Of a stretch of 64,000 nt of DNA, positions 12,423 to 26,120 are shown in pieces. Position numbers and translations under genes: made by a program. Where the stretch lies: NCBI RefSeq assembly GCF_006345805.1, contig NC_043000.1, positions 7,936,001 through 8,000,000 on the forward strand. The letters are read 5' to 3'. Under the pieces are notes generated by a model. It had not been told where the DNA came from. It searched no databases and saw nothing but the letters and a program-made list of their open reading frames with translations. Position 1 is the stretch's first letter, and each line of letters starts with the position of its first letter. Source of the stretch: Octopus sinensis. Taxonomy: Eukaryota.

Positions 12423-13186
12423 TGGGGTAATAGCATAGGATGGTGTTGAGTGATGGCTAGAATATTTTTGTGTATCTCTTTTGCCATGTTCAACGTGGCT
12501 AAAAAAGAATTTTCCTGCTTAGGGAGCAGTTTTTGGCTGGAGGTGTGGTTGCACTGTTGGATAGGGTTGTAGTTTCCACTTTTGTTGTTTTTGTGTCTTC
12601 CTGAAAAGACTGGACCAGCATTACTGCAGCATGGTGTGTTTCTATTTTTATTTTTATTCAGGTTTGTGTGTTGGCTTGAAGCCCCATTTCTGTTTGTGCG
12701 TCGGGTCCCTGGAAGATGAGTGAAGGGACAGTCACTCAGCAGACATATTCTCTCACGTTGGGAATACCGGCAGATTTTGGGACTCCGAGTTGTGTGTGTT
12801 TTGAATTTCGATTTACTATTTGGTGGTGTTGATGTTATTGTGGGATACGTGCTTTGGCCTTGGCCGGTAGTGCGTCTAGTGCCAGGTAGATGCGTGATGA
12901 TGCAGTCACTATTTGTGCAGAGTCTCTGGCGCAGTGAATAGCGGCATATTTTGGGGTTTCTTGTTTGTGCCATGGGGGGCGCAGTCTGCTTCATATAGGT
13001 CATATTATTGAATTGTATAGGTCGTATTATTGAATTGATTGTGTCTTGTGTAGGATGTGGGCTGTTCCAAGCAGGGCTATTCTTTGGATAGGGTGTAGTG
13101 TTGAGGGACCAGGTGTAGCTTCTGCATTTTTGTTCATATGTTTTTTTTATAATGCTCAATGTTTCAGTTATTATCCTCAAACACAA
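12392..13186 (-). pseudogene. LINE ORF1 (probably 5'-incomplete) with two CCCH-like zinc-finger repeats
   Basis: 264-aa open frame directly upstream of the endonuclease. Two C-x8-C-x4-C-x3-H repeats (ICRYSLRQRLCTNSDCIITHLPGTRR and ICRYSQRERICLLSDCPFTHLPGTRR). Confidence 0.75.
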
Positions 13187-13210
13187 GACACATTCTATAT
13201 AGAAAATTTT

Positions 13211-13912
13211 GTCATCATCGTTTAACGTCCACTTTCCATGCTAGCATGGGTTGGACGATTTGACTGAGGACTGGCCAACCAGATGGCTGCACCAGGCTCC
13301 AATCTGATCTAGCAGAGTTTCTGCAGCTGGATGCCCTTCCTAATGCCAACCACTCCATGAGTGTAGTGGGTGCTTTTACGTGCCACCGGCACGAGGGCCA
13401 GTCTGGTGGTACTGGCAACGGCCATGCTCGAAAATGGTGTTTTTTACATGCCATCTGCACAGTGGCACTGGCAATGACCTCGCTCAAATGTTTTGTTCAC
13501 GTGCCACTGGCACAAGTGCCAGTAAGGTGACGCTGACAACAATCATGCTCAAATGGTGCTGTTTACATTCCCACTGGCATGGAAGCCAGACAGCTGCTCT
13601 GGCAGTGATTCTGCTTGGATGGAGCTGTTAACGCTCCACTGGCACAGGTGTCAGTCATCAAATTTGGCTCAATTTCGATTTCACTTGCCCCAACAGGTCT
13701 TCACAAGCAGAGTTTAGTGTCCAATGAAGGGAGGTTGGCATGGGCGCCAGTCATCGAATTTGGTTTGATTTTGAATTCAATTTCGATTTCACTTGCCTCA
13801 ACAGGTCTTCACAAGCAGAGTTTAGTGTCCAATGAAGGGAGGTTGGCATGGGCGCCAGTCATCGAATTTGGTTTGATTTCACTTGCCTCAACAGGTCTTC
13901 GCAAACAGCCAC
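13211..13912 (-). mobile_element. RTE 3'-UTR module (family D) with internal tandem repeats
   Basis: catcatcgtttaacgtccactttccatgctagcatggg terminus. Repeated block caacaggtcttcacaagcagagtttagtgtccaatgaagggaggttggcatgggcgccagtcatcgaatttgg. Confidence 0.85.
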
Positions 13913-14185
13913 CAACAGGGCAGACACTCAGCAGAAGACCACAACTCACATCGCACACACAACACACTATACAAACATTAATACAAGAAAAGGCTGCAAC
14001 CAGGCCCCATAACAAGGCAAACTGATACAATACAATACTGAGAAGAGTTTGCATTACCCCTACAACAAAAAGAACACGCAATACTGCACACACACCAGCA
14101 GTAGGGAGGAGAAGCAGGTGATGCTGTAGAAATTTGCCGGAGACAACCAAATGTTGAATGCTAATAACAAACCTTTCAACTATAG

Positions 14186-14372
14186 ACACAAGGCCTGAAA
14201 TTTCGGGCGAGGGGGTAAGTTGGTTACATTGACCCCAGTGTTCATCTAATACTTATTTTATCGACCCCAAAAGGATGAAAGGCAAAGTCAACTCTGGCGG
14301 AGTTTGCACTCAGAATGTAAAAACAAACACAATACTGCTAGGCCTTTTGCCCAGTATGCTAACGGTTCTGAT
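14186..14372 (-). mobile_element. SINE family B
   Basis: ttttatcgaccccaaaaggatgaaaggcaaagtcaac...cagaatgtaa, the reverse of the family B core. Confidence 0.8.
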
Positions 14373-15067
14373 GCAGTACCAGGTACTTGCTCACATGGCT
14401 TCTGATCTTAACTGATTGAAAGTGGTATCAATTATATTGTTTTGTCTTAGTATAAAAGATGGGCTACAGCAAATATTCTACTCAATACCACAGATTTGCT
14501 TGTCAATTGTTTGACCATAACCAGCTGAGCATGTCCCTTGGTAGCTGACAATATTTGCATCTCTAACCACGAGCAAAAGTAGCGGGGGAGCATCATAGTC
14601 ATGTGTTGAGAGGAATTCTTTGAGATTTGAATAATTCATCTCTGGAGCATTGGTGTTTCGTTCAAAATTCTTAAGCAACCCTTATTCAGGGACCTTTTGA
14701 GTTGGATGAGCTACTTGACATGAAAAGAATTCTAACTGGGCCCTGCCTGCAAGGTTATGAGATGACCATGTCACGCACATATGGTTGTGATGCATGTGCC
14801 TGGTGTACCTTTATTAGGCACATAGTCATGATAGGTATATTGGGCTTTGTATGTCACTTTGATGACATGCACTGCTCTCTCAATGATAATAATAACAACA
14901 TCAGCAACAAATAAATAAATTAAAAATATTGACATATTTGGTATGTAATGGATTTGAACTCTCAATCCATTTGTTGAGCGTCCAGTATCTTATCTGCTTC
15001 ACAGTTTCATTTGTACAATGATTCAAAATGGAGATGAAAACACGATTCTTCGTTTTCTTTCACATAC

Positions 15068-15118
15068 ATGCTGAAGATTTAAACTGAGTGCATGTCTGAA
15101 CACCTTAAGAGGATTAAC
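15068..15118 (-). CDS. Candidate 51-nt exon (VNPLKVFRHALSLNLQH)
   Basis: Acceptor gattagtcttcag, donor cat|gtatgt, open frame, phase 0 to 0. Confidence 0.25.
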
Positions 15119-17220
15119 CTGAAGACTAATCCAGGATTACAAAGTGGTGGTGGTCATGGTCGTGGCTGGAATCAATAGAAATAACAGGTGAAAGAATTGG
15201 ATAAAAGCTGGAGGAAGTTGTTAAGTAGTGGTGAGGGTTGGTCGTGAAGAGAAATGTGGACATTCTAAATTATTCTTAAGTAATAATTACACCTTAATTG
15301 CTTGATTGATCAGGTGCTGCTGATGATGGTGGTGATGGTGTTGGTGGTGGTGGTGGTGGTAGTAGTGGTGGTAGTAGAATTGGAGGTGCTAATGGCAGCA
15401 ACTACAGTGGTGGCAGTGATTGTAATAGTGGGTGGTGGTGTCAATGGTGTTGATAGTGGCAGCTGCAGGGTTAGCAATGACGAGGAAAATTGCTTGGACT
15501 AGCATTGATTATGATGATGATGATGATGATGATGATGACAATGTCGATAATGATGATGATGAAAGTGATGATGGTGATAATTATGATGATGATGATTATG
15601 ATGATGATGATGTCAACGACGATGATGGTTATGATGATGAAGATGAAGATAAAGATTATGATGATGATCATCATGATGATGATGGTAGCAGAAGTGATGA
15701 TGGTGATGACAACCAAAGTGGTTGCAGTGACAGCAGTCGGGGCTAGTGGTCCTGATATTAGAATGATAGATAAAATATTCATTTCTCTTCTTTATAGAAC
15801 AAAAGTGCTACATGAAATAGCCCAATAAAATATACAACACTCTAATATTATCCATTCAAAGTTGCAAAGCAGTAGAAGTATTAGAGCATCATACGAAAAC
15901 ACCTTATGGTATCCCTTCCAGTTCTTCTATGGTCTTAGGTTGATTAAAACCTATGTGAGTCAATCAGTAGATGGAAACTGAAAGAAGCCCATTGTATATA
16001 TATATTTGCATGTATGTCATTCAGTTTGAATATCCTGTGAGAACATGCCCGGCCATGGGGAAAAATTACCTTACCTGGAAACAGGTGAGGGTTAGTGACA
16101 AGAAGGGTATATTCAACTGTACAAAAATCTGCCTCATTAAACTCTATTAAACCCCTGCAAGCATGGAAAGCTGGACATCAGAGCAATAATGTTTAGTGTT
16201 TGTAGTACTATACTATCCAGTGCAGCCTTCTCAGTTTAAGAAGGTCAGATGTGATTTGCAGAAGATTTGGTTGTTGTTTCTAGAAAATCAAAGAACTTTG
16301 TAGAGACTCACCAAGACTCATGATAGTGGTGTAATAATAATTCTTTCTACTATAGGGGTCAAGGCCTGAAATTTAGGAAGAAGGGGCCAGTCAATTGCAT
16401 CTGTCCCAGTGCTCAAATGGTACATAATTCATTGACTTGAAAAGGATGAAAGGCAAAGTCAACCTCAGAACTCAGAATATAAAGATAAATGAAATGCTTT
16501 TAAGCATTTTGTCTGATGTGTTAACGATTCTGTCAGCTCAACGATTTGGATGGTAATATAATAAATAAGGAAATGAAACAACTAGTAGTGGTGTATACCT
16601 GACGTTTGATGATGGAAATTCAGTTGTTCAGTCAACTGAGTTACCTGCTCTTGAATTAATGTCTCAGTGGCTGAATATACCACAGATGTTCACCTTTAAT
16701 GTAATATTCAAGCAGAATCAGTGTAACACAGTGTGTGTGACAAGGCTGTAATTAACGGAACTTTTGTATAATTAATGGAACTTTTATGATGCCAGGAGTG
16801 TGTAGTGAAGGCCAGAATAGTTGAGCTGATGTTGCTGTTAGGGGCAGTGGCAGTGGTAATGGTGATGGTGGTTGTGATAATGAGGTATGTGGAGGAGGAA
16901 GAGGAAGGGGAAAGATGAGGGTGATATTTGCGTGTGTGTGTGTATGTGCTTGCATGCAAGCAATGTCATTCAGTTTGAATATCCTGTGAGAGCATGTATT
17001 GATGATGATGATGATGATGACAGTGAGGATGATGAGAATGTGTTATGGTAGTGGTAGTTTGTGTGTGTGGGGGGGGGGCGGAAGAGGATAATGAAGATGT
17101 TGGTGATGGTGGCAGTAATGGTCATGAAAAAAGCAATAATGATGATGATGACTATGGCAATGATGGTGATGATGGTGATAATGACGATGTCGATAATGAC
17201 AACAATGATGACTTTGATGA

Positions 17221-17323
<103 letters not shown>

Positions 17324-17704
17324 GTGATGATGATTATGATGATGATGGTGATGGTGATGATGATGATGGTGATGGTGATGATGACGACGGCTGATGATGA
17401 TAATGACGACTGCAACGATCATGATGGTGATGGTGGTACAACAATGAGAGTGATAATGATGATGACGATGACACTGGCAATGATGATGATGACGAAAAGG
17501 ATGATAACGCTGTAGGGACTTTAATACCAGTGCCAGTGGAGACATACAGAAGCATTAGCACAGCAAAGCAAAATGACTGTGGCTCTTGTTGCTGAGATGA
17601 TGATGATGATGATGATGATAGGGAAAAATCCTCTTTGGTCATGAATGGCAATGAGATTGTACTGAGAAGCTTCTTCTCTGAGGCAAAAGAGCAGCAGTCA
17701 GCCA

Positions 17705-17905
17705 TGCATACCAGCCTCCACTACTTCACACCACCGATGTTATCCAAATGAAAGGCAAAGGCTGATACAGCTTGGCACATGTGACATTGCAACTCATTTC
17801 TACAGCTGAGTGAACTGGAGCAACTTGAAAATAAAGTGTCTTGCTCAAGAACACAACTCACAGCCTGGTCTGGGAATTGAACTCACTGAGCCATGTGCCT
17901 TCATG
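17705..17905 (-). mobile_element. SINE family C, partial
   Basis: caactcatttctacagctgagtgaactggagcaac...gtgtcttgctcaagaacacaac. Confidence 0.75.
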
Positions 17906-18185
17906 CATCATGATGATAGTAAAAGCTAAATTGGCAGCATTGGTGGTTCTGGCAGTGACAGTAACCATGCTGATAGCTCTGTGTTAAAAACTATAGAGCA
18001 AAATGTAACCATTGAAAAATTGTGAGGCATTTAGTTTAGCCAAGCTGACTTCAAAGTAAATATGAAGGTGAGACAACGAGTACGGTTAGGCTAGGTGAGT
18101 AAACAATTACATATTTATTTATTTGGCTTAATTAATTAATGTCCATTTCTGTCAATGTGTACAATGAGAGCGGCTGTAGACATAC

Positions 18186-18286
18186 GGCAAGTAAACATTG
18201 GAAATATATATTGGAAGTTTTAGTGCTTGTGATTCTTGGCATCCATCCATTGAAACAGCATGGGATGAGAACAGTTCCATCCAGGG
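18186..18286 (-). CDS. Candidate 101-nt exon (LDGTVLIPCCFNGWMPRITSTKTSNIYFQCLLA; a second frame is also open)
   Basis: Acceptor ttttcgttccatgcag, donor gcc|gtatgt. Confidence 0.3.
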
Positions 18287-18626
18287 CTGCATGGAACGAA
18301 AATGATTGACGTTGTCCAACTTCCAACTTTTGCCAGCGTGGAGAAACGTGTGTTAGAGCTATGATGATGATGACGATGATGATGATAGTGGTGGTGGTGA
18401 TGGTGGTTTGGTGGTGTTGATGATGATGAGGATGATGATGACGGTGGTGGTGGTGGTAATGGTAGTGGTGGTGGTGGTGGTGGTGGCAGTGGCGGCGGCA
18501 GTGGTGGTGGTGGTGATGATGATGGTGGTGATGGTAGTGGTGGTAGTGGTGGTGGTGGTGGTAGTGGTGATGATGATGATGAGGAGGAGGTTTGTGGTGG
18601 TGGTAGTGTTGATATTGACAATGCTG

Positions 18627-18677
<51 letters not shown>

Positions 18678-19328
18678 ATGAGGAAGCCAGTGTTGGTGTT
18701 GATAATAATATTGACAATGACAATGCTGATGGTGTTGGTGGTGAAGATAACAACAATGATGACAGTGATAATAGTGGTGGTGGTGGTGGTGGTGGTGGTA
18801 ATGATGATGATATAATGATGATAATGATGATGGTGATGGTGGTGGTGGTGGTCGTAGTGGGGGAAGTGATGATGATGATGATGATGATGTTGATAAACAG
18901 ATAAAGTAGATAAAGTTCAAATAAGTTAACAATTATTGGTAAGTCGAGGAGCACCGAGTTGCCAGGAATTTACCAGAAACTTAGCAGGAACTTGTCTTTT
19001 GCAATATGGCACTTGTCCAGATTCCAAACTTGAGAGATATTGAGAAAAGATGCAGCATTGGCAACAGCGAAGCCTGGCTTTATGAGATTACTTGATCTGC
19101 AAGAAACACCAGTTGCATTTTCTTCATGTTACACCTCATTGACCTTAAAGAAAAAGAGGACACATTGGATAATGTAGTTCTAGATACACCATGCCTGATA
19201 ACAAATACATAATGCTTGTGTATTGACTGGAATGACATTGGAGGTATGTCTACAGAATCAGGTGTGACCCACAGTTAAACAACAGCAGCAACAACAACAG
19301 CATGGGAATATTTTTAAACATGATATAG

Positions 19329-19720
19329 GTAGGCACAGGTGTGGCTGTGTGGTACGTAGCTTGCTTACCAACCACATGGATCCAGGTTCATTCCCACTGG
19401 GTGGCACCTTGGGCAAGTGTCTTCTGCTATAATCCTCGGGCCGACCAAAGCTTTGTGAGTGGATATGGTTGACGGAAACTGAAAGAAGCCCGTCATATAT
19501 ATGTATGTGTGTGTATGTGTTTGTGTGTCTTTGTCTGTCCCCCAACATCGCTTGACAACCGATGCTGGTGTGTTTATGTCCCCATAACTTAGCAGATCAG
19601 CAAAAAAGACTGATAGAATAAGTACTAGGTTTCCAAACAATAAGTCCTGGGGTCGATTTGCTCGACTAAAGGTGGTGCTCCAGCATGGCCACAGTCAAAT
19701 GACTGAAACAAGTAAAAGAG
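19329..19720 (+). mobile_element. SINE family A
   Basis: Full-length match to 4911-5316. Confidence 0.85.
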
Positions 19721-20107
19721 CGAGAGTAGTGAGGCTCCAAAAGGGGTCTCAGGGAGTAATGTCCCTAACTTCCTGGGCTAGTTTTCCACCACATTTCTTA
19801 AAAATCATGGTAGAGGCCTTGGTCTTGGGACCACTCATGTCTAGAAACTGAGGTTTGGGGTAAGCAAGGGCATGCTCCCTGTAGAAAATCCAACTCCCAA
19901 AAAGCCTCATGATAGCAAGGCAAAATGGGCACCAGCCAGCCCAAAGGTTGGAGTGGGCTGCACCTGCCTGTTGCAGTTTCTATGGCATTGAGATAGATCC
20001 GGCTACCCCCATTAATGGGGACAAAACCTGGATGATGATGACGAAGGTGGCAAGTTGGCAGAATCACTAGTATGCTGGAAAAAAAGCTTTGTAGCATTTT
20101 GTCAGTC

Positions 20108-20320
20108 TTAAGGCAGCGAGTTGGCAGGATATTTACTGTGCTGGGCAAAATGGCTAGCAGTATTTCGTCTGTCTTTACGTTCTGAGTTCAAAATTCTTCT
20201 GAGGTTGACTTTGCTTTTCATCCTGTTAAGTTAAGTACCAGTTGAACATTGGGCTCGATTTTATTGACTTAACCCTTCCTTGAAACCTGCTGGCCTTTTG
20301 CCAAAATTTGAAACTAATAT
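20108..20320 (+). mobile_element. SINE family B
   Basis: ggcagcgagttggcagg...ctgagttcaaa...gttgactttgcttttcatcc...aagtaccagtt. Confidence 0.75.
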
Positions 20321-20332
20321 CTTTTAACATGA

Positions 20333-20600
20333 TATGAGAGTTACACGAGAAGTAATACTACAGTATGCATAACTTCTTTACTAGCTGACATTAGCATTTT
20401 AAATTGCACATATTGGTAGAGTACCTCTTTCTCTATATAAAGATACTGTTCAACTTAGTCTCCATCACAAGCAGTTCATTTTTACCATTGTTGAATCTTC
20501 TCTGAATCCTTTCTACAAAAATTCAGGTTTTACTGTTGGACTCACTTCTTCACAGTCACTTTTACCTTGAAGTAACAATGGTTATTTTCAAATATTTCAA
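20333..20600 (-). mobile_element. Highly decayed mariner 3' end
   Basis: TIR-like tatgagagttacacgagaagtaatac. Minus-strand remnant QW*K*TACDGD*VEQ resembles the mariner C-terminus. Confidence 0.4.
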
Positions 20601-20779
20601 CAATCTAATAATGCTATGTATGAAGGTTACATGTTTCTGAAGATGTGATACTACATTTTGATTATGAAGTTTACATTATATAACTAAAGATTTACATTCT
20701 GTAAATGAAGCATACATAAAATGGTATAGCAAAATATCTCATGCTTCATTTTATTTTCTACATATACTTGGTGACTTAC

Positions 20780-20843
20780 CCCACTCAGGATTCATACCAA
20801 ATGATATGAGTTCAATAACATGAACAAGAATACACAGAGTATC
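20780..20843 (-). CDS. Candidate 64-nt exon (DTLCILVHVIELISFGMNPEW)
   Basis: Acceptor ccacatttag, strong donor ggg|gtaagt, single open frame (phase 0 to 1). Phase-compatible with 26935-27006. Confidence 0.4.
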
Positions 20844-20904
20844 CTAAATGTGGGTTATTTATCATGTTATTCAAGTTTTAATTGCACTATATATATATAT
20901 ATAT

Positions 20905-21238
20905 GTGAAAGTGCATGGCTCAGTGATTAGAGCGTCGAGCTTACGATCATGAGGTTGTGAGTTCAAATCCTGGACTGGGCTGTGTGTTGTGTTCTTGAGC
21001 AAGACACTTTATTTCACGTTGCTCCAGTTCACTCAGCTGTAGAAATGAGTTGACGTCACTGGTGCCAAGCTGTATCTGCTGTTGCCTTTCTCTTGGATAA
21101 CACTGGTGGCATGGAGAGGAGAGGCCAGTATGCATGGGCGACTGCTGGTCTTCCATAAACATCATTGCCTAGACTTATACCTGGGAGGATAACTTTCTAG
21201 GTGCAATCCCACAGTCACTCATGACCGAAGGGGTCTCA

Positions 21239-21240
<2 letters not shown>
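20905..21240 (+). mobile_element. SINE family C (CORE-like), full length
   Basis: tRNA-like head gcatggctcagtgattagagcgtc...gagttcaaatcctgg, core gctccagttcactcagctgtagaaatgagt, tail gaccgaaggggtctc. Confidence 0.85.
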
Positions 21241-21810
<570 letters not shown>

Positions 21811-22324
21811 AGTTCATTTATAGGAAACATTTTGTTGAATATACATATAAACTCCTATTTTATTATTCCAGCTACAACCTAATGATACTAACTGGCAATA
21901 ACAGTTTTTGGGGGTTGCACTGAGCTGTGCTGATATAATGTAGGATAAATAAGATAATAATAATAATAATCCTTGGATGGAATTAATAAATATATCAATG
22001 CATTGCCATATCACCCAAAGAAATGAATGCATGAATATGACCCACCCAATGTACATGGATATTACAGACTGTACTATAACCATCCCAGGAATATAGTCTA
22101 TCATCTCAAGAAACATGTGATTTGTTGAAACACGTGTAGTGATGCATTAAAATATTCATAAATTCCATTCAAGGATTCTACAGCATGGCCACAGTCAAAT
22201 GACTGAAACGAATAAAAGAATTAAAGGAATATGTGTATATATCTATATGTGAGTTTAGAGGGATGTATTATGTGGGTGGTTACCATGGTAGCTCTCAGTT
22301 ATGTTCCTGGTTATGGCTGTGCGA

Positions 22325-22678
22325 GCAAGGCTGTGTGGTAAGAAGTTTACTTCCCAACCAGTACCACTGTGTAGAACCTTGAGCAAGTGTCTTCTACCAT
22401 AGCCTCCGGCTGATCAAAGCCTTGTGAGTAGATTTGGTTTGACAGAAACTAAACTGTCCATGTGTTTGTGTTTGTCTCCTACCACCCCTTGACAACTGGT
22501 GTTGGTGTATTTATGTCCCTATAACTTTGTGGTTTGGCAAAAGAGACTGACAAAACAAGTACCAGGTTTAAAAATAAAAATAAATATGCACTGAGGTTGA
22601 TTTGTTTGACTAAAATTTTCCAATGCAGTGCTCCAGCATGTCTGCGGTTTAGTGACTGAAACATGCAAACGATAAAAG
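22325..22678 (+). mobile_element. SINE family A, diverged
   Basis: ggctgtgtggtaagaagtttacttccc...gagcaagtgtcttctaccatagcc...gactgaaaca. Confidence 0.75.
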
Positions 22679-22723
22679 GTCTGTATATGCTAGTATTGAA
22701 CAATGAGAATTCTTTATTTGTTG

Positions 22724-22882
22724 TTTAACAAGGCAACCAATGGTTCCATTTGGAAGAGATTTTCACAATTGTTCATGCAAACCATTTAGAAATGTTGGTA
22801 CCTGTCTCCAACATTCTCAAATGGTTTGCTTGGACAATTCTGAAGATTTCTTTCACATGAAACCATTAGTTGCTTTGTTAAA
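22724..22882. repeat. Imperfect palindrome with 75-bp arms and a 9-nt loop
   Basis: 22724-22798 versus 22808-22882: 62 of 75 positions Watson-Crick paired, no gaps (manual alignment). Confidence 0.9.
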
Positions 22883-22903
22883 TCACAAGTATAAAGTGTG
22901 TGT

Positions 22904-22949
<46 letters not shown>

Positions 22950-25089
22950 TGTGTGTGTGTATTCACAAACACATGTTGGGCTTCTTCAATTTTTGTTCAC
23001 CGAATCCGCTTACAAGGCTTTGATTAGTCTGTGGCTATGAAAATACTTGTCCAAAGTGCCACACATTGGAACTGAACCCGAAACTACATGGTTGGGATGT
23101 GAGTGTCTGAACCACACTAACATGCCTGCACTAAGTATTTAGTTTCATCCCTGTGCTTTCAAAGTTCAGATCCTACCATGGTCATTTTAGCAGAAACTCA
23201 ATGTGGGGTGATTTAATCAAATATGTCTTTTCACTTCAGATCTATGGCTTTGTACCTAAGCTTGAAATTAATATAAAAACAAAAAACATAAAGAAATCAA
23301 AATCAGTAATTATTATTAAGTAGGTACTTGTGGCACCAGACTAGAATTTAATTGAAGATTTAAACAATTAAGCTTGAAAATAACTCAATTTATTGATTTG
23401 TTAGACATAATTTTTCCCTCCGTTGGTCACTAATTAGCTATAACTTGTAAACATGTAGTATTTTTTTTGTGTATGTATATATATATAATGTATATATTTA
23501 GCTATACACGTAGATGTATACACTTGAACAAAAATATACATTTGTAAGTTGGCAACTGTATGATCAAATACTCTTAAATCAATTGTAATTATGTATAATT
23601 CCAGGTTTTCCTCAGCTTCAAATAAATTTTATTTGCTTTTTCCTTATCGGTTCTCACCTCTTTTGTTTTTCTTATTATAAACAACGTCCTTTAATATCCT
23701 GCAACACTAGTCAATCTTTTGAAAGATTCATGACATCAGCTTACAGAACCATGCATCTCATTTGCATATTTCTCAATGCAATTATTTCACTTCTTCTAAT
23801 TACAACCTGTCATTCATTTTCACAAAAATTGTATTGAGAGAGAATGTTATTTTATCAATTTTATCTCTTATGGTAGCAACTGTTGATGATGATGATAATG
23901 ATGATGATGGTGGTGGTGGCAGCAATGATGATAATGATGGTGGTAGCAGTGGTGGTGATGGTGATGGTGATAACAGGAGCAGCCACAATAAGGATGCTGC
24001 TGCTGATAATGGCAATGATAAAGAAATCTCTGTAGTAAAGATAAAGAAACCTCTATAACCCACCAGGCTGTTTACCACCCTAAGATTTAGACCCAAATAC
24101 TGTTGAGTCAGACATGATACGAAGAGCTCGTTAACAAAGATCTAGAAAATAATTATCCAAGTTAAGGAAAAGAAACCATCATCATCATCATCATCATGTG
24201 GACAAACTAGGATTTTGTCCTTGATGCTTGCAACAGAGTGGACTCCACTATAGGTACATAAGGAGCCAAGGTGATAGTGTTGGAGTTGGCGATGGCTTAA
24301 GTCTACCATCCAACTAGGTTACAGGTAGATTTGAACTCAGAATACAAAGAAATGGAATAAATATTGTAAGGCATCTAGTCAGACATTCTTACATTTTTTA
24401 CCAATTCACCATTCTTACAGTTTTACCAAGAGGATGAAAAGCAAAGTTGAACTTGGTGGGATTTGAACCCAGAATAAGTACCAAGAAGTATTTGGTCTGG
24501 TACAGTAATGACTCTTCCAAATAAAAAATTCTTGGTTTATGCAACACTATGAATGACTATTATGTTGCATCACATCACTACACATTGAGTTTTTTTCTCT
24601 CTTTCCATAATGGGCGATTATGTTTGTGTCCTTAAGTCTAATCATTTTTGATAATAATACCATGTAATTTGTTTTCTTCGAAATAAATAGGAATGAATAA
24701 AAGCAGCCAAAGAAAATGTTATCAGGGATTATAGTTTAAAGAGCCTAACCAAAGTAAACTGAATGCATCATCTCATGCAGCATTAATAAGAAATAATCTG
24801 TAATAATTATGTAAATTATAAAATGCTTGCAATTATATGTCCATAAAAAGCATAAGTATTCAGATACCTGTAGCCTGTTCTTATACACAGCTAGTATAAC
24901 AGTATCCAGAACCTCACTCCTTCCTTCTATCTTCTAACCGTAACAAACAAAAGACACATATGCACTAAAACGACAAACTCTGAAGACTACTCATGAAGCA
25001 TGAATTCTGATAAACTTAGATGACACTATTTTATGGCTTGTATCAAAACAAGAGACTGAGGAGGGTTTACAGAGAAGGGACTGTTAAAA

Positions 25090-25320
25090 AGAACACTTGA
25101 TTCTGAGCCTTTTGAAAGAAGACACAGACCTTCTAAAATTCCAAGCAAACCACCTTACATTGCAACAAATCTACGAGGATAAACTGCAAATTCTGCAGTT
25201 CAGATGTAAATGATCACTGATGAAAAGAATGGATAATAACACTATTTTGCCATCCAAATTCATGTCTGTGTAAGAAATACATGTTTTAGTATTATTTAAG
25301 AATTTTAAATAATGAAATTC
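25090..25320 (+). pseudogene. Possible piggyBac transposase C-terminal relic
   Basis: Frameshifted peptides FERRHRPSKIPSKP, NCKFCS and IHVCVRNTCFSII resemble the piggyBac Cys-rich domain. Confidence 0.4.
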
Positions 25321-25694
25321 TGATTTTGGCTGATCTCAACTATTGCTGCAATGGGCAAAAGACATTTTTTGCACAGCCGTTTTGGTGCTGCCTATCTATG
25401 TGGCATCACTGATTTGATGCTGACTTACTTGACATCAGACATTTTAATGCTTCTCTTTTCCCTCCACGCCACTCTCTCTCACTCTCTCTCTTCCTTTCTG
25501 TCTGTATGTCTATCTGTCTGTCTCTGTCTCTCTCTTTCTATCTGCATATGAATATTCCTGCACATGCATGCAAGTTTGTGAGCCTTCCATGCCAAAAATT
25601 GCCATTATCAAAACAGGTTCAATGTCCAAGTTGTCAGCATCCAAACAGCAATGCCAAGTTGTCTCATTCCTGCTGTCATATTGTATATATTTAC

Positions 25695-26120
25695 AGGTGC
25701 AGGCATGGCTGTGTGGTAAGAAGCTTGCTTTCCAGGCATGTAATTTTGGGTTCAGTCCCACTGCATAGCACCTTGGGTAAGTGTCTTCTACTAAAATCAC
25801 AGGATGATCAAAGCCTTGTGAATGAATTTGGTAGACAGAAACTGAAAGAAGTCTGTCGCATTTATATATATATGTATATATTTATGTGTGTGTGTGTATG
25901 TGTCTTTGTGTCTATGTGTGTGTTACTACCATCTCTTGACAACTGATGCTGGTGTGTTTATGTCACTATAACTTAGTGGTGTGGCAAAAGAGACTGACAG
26001 AATAAGTACTGCTTAAGAAATAAGTCCTGGGATCAATTTGTTTGACTAAAACCCTTGAAGGTGGTGCTCCAGCGTGGCCACAGCCAAATAACTGAAACAA
26101 ATAAAACAGAAAAAGAATAA
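25695..26120 (+). mobile_element. SINE family A
   Basis: Head, body and tail are all recognisable. Confidence 0.8.

Larger units (their letters stand above)
9313..13190 (-). mobile_element. CR1/L2-group non-LTR retrotransposon, nearly complete but disrupted
   Basis: Order on the minus strand: ORF1, APE endonuclease, RT, RT C-terminus, then a short 3' end ggccgaaacctatcaaagtat. At least two frameshifts and one premature stop. Confidence 0.92.

Noticed and set aside
18965-19150. Open frames with acceptor-like sites on minus
   Set aside because: Frames of similar length are open on both strands and the phases do not fit neighbouring candidates, so this is indistinguishable from chance.
20905-20985. 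tRNA gene
   Set aside because: The tRNA-like head continues into a SINE body found in several copies; no complete cloverleaf.
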